Assembly: GCF_001564455.1 (NCBI RefSeq) | Contig: NZ_CP011391.1 | Span: 1,350,001-1,382,000, forward strand | Direction of reading: 5' to 3' | Source: Faecalibaculum rodentium | GTDB lineage: Bacteria; Bacillota_I; Bacilli_A; Erysipelotrichales; Erysipelotrichaceae | DNA: 32,000 nt | In this document: positions 31,816 through 32,000 of the stretch, piece by piece | Numbering within the stretch: the first letter of the stretch is position 1 | Layout of the letters: the number at the start of each line of letters is the position of its first letter | Translations under genes and position numbers: made by a program | Notes under the pieces: generated by a model | Told to the model about the DNA's origin: nothing | Databases searched by the model: none | The model's input: the letters and a program-made list of their open reading frames with translations, nothing else

Positions 31816-31870
31816 CTCCCTCTCTGTGGGTCTCTCCTTACACTCTCATTTTAATCGGAGGTGAACGAAA

Positions 31871-32000
31871 ATGAAAACCATGAGTCTGATTTTATCTGTT
31901 GTCCTCGTCATTGCAGCATTCATCACCAACACAACAGCTGAAAGTCCGCTTCTTCGGGCATCGTCCTTCTTCCTTGGAATCACTGCTGCATTTGCTGCAA
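31871..32000 (+). CDS. Membrane or secreted small protein, 3' end beyond the window
   Basis: ATG 31871 follows GGAGGTGA. The sequence MKTMSLILSVVLVIAAFITNTTAESPLLRASSFFLGITAAFAA... is still open at position 32000. Confidence 0.45.
   Translation, partial: MKTMSLILSVVLVIAAFITNTTAESPLLRASSFFLGITAAFAA

Larger units (their letters stand above)
5542..32000 (-). mobile_element. Prophage, late/structural arm (siphovirus-type, HK97-like head module, HNH+terminase packaging module). It continues beyond the window, and the left boundary is approximate (somewhere in 5230-5575).
   Basis: There is a contiguous, translationally coupled minus-strand block in canonical order: packaging, head, connector, tail, tail tip, lysis. 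An abrupt switch from suf housekeeping genes occurs at about 5.3-5.5 kb. No integrase or att repeat is visible in the window. Confidence 0.9.

Noticed and set aside
31800-31830. Long hairpin after the 34-aa peptide ORF as a terminator.
   Set aside because: No T-run follows, and a second ORF with its own SD begins 40 nt downstream. It is more likely an intercistronic structure.
1-32000. Search for CRISPR arrays, tRNA/rRNA genes, integrase/transposase, IS ends and reverse transcriptase (a DGR acting on the paralogous binding modules).
   Set aside because: I saw no regularly spaced repeat array and no cloverleaf-like GC-rich segment of about 75 nt in the intergenic regions. No recombinase or RT-like ORF is present, and there is no template/variable repeat pair at the nucleotide level. 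The diversity of the three modules looks like old divergence, not A-specific mutagenesis.

Overview
The window has two very different parts.

(1) Positions 1-5227, minus strand. This is a GC-rich, tightly packed housekeeping block: the Gram-positive-type Fe-S cluster assembly operon sufC-sufD-sufS-sufU-sufB. A 5-formyl-THF cyclo-ligase gene follows 6 nt later and is cut by the window edge.

(2) From about 5.5 kb to position 32000. This is the late/structural arm of a temperate siphovirus-type prophage, almost all on the minus strand. Reading right to left, the order is:
- a RinA/ArpU-like late activator
- about 1.3 kb of AT-rich sequence carrying an opposite-strand three-gene moron
- HNH endonuclease, TerS, TerL
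- portal, prohead protease, HK97-fold major capsid protein
- four connector genes and the major tail protein
- the G/GT tail chaperone with an A_AAA_AAG -1 frameshift site
- a 1248-aa tape measure protein, an enlarged Dit, and Tal
- a run of receptor-binding / carbohydrate-binding module genes
- an r1t-type holin, a membrane coiled-coil protein, and an M23-like + SH3b endolysin

The lysogeny and replication arm must lie beyond the window.

Best candidate for something new: a low-GC two-gene cassette at the extreme prophage end (5575-6342). It has a candidate promoter of its own (low confidence) and is bracketed by two near-identical terminators. It encodes a 62-aa basic protein translationally coupled (TAAATG) to a 192-aa protein. 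That protein's H...GxGIYF...QIAV motif order and spacing resemble the diphtheria-toxin/PARP ADP-ribosyltransferase scaffold.

Other points worth follow-up:
- a G9 tract where loss of one G would fuse Tal to the downstream binding module
- three tandem paralogous binding-module genes with conserved boundary motifs
- an intrinsic terminator 27 nt upstream of the HNH/terminase operon
- a roughly 700-bp non-coding candidate cos region with C5/G5-6 tracts and phased ATCATT repeats
- two promoter-driven sets of tiny membrane peptides on the opposite strand

No rRNA, tRNA, CRISPR array, transposase or integrase was seen. All functional calls come from motif-level reading of translations; no database search was possible.
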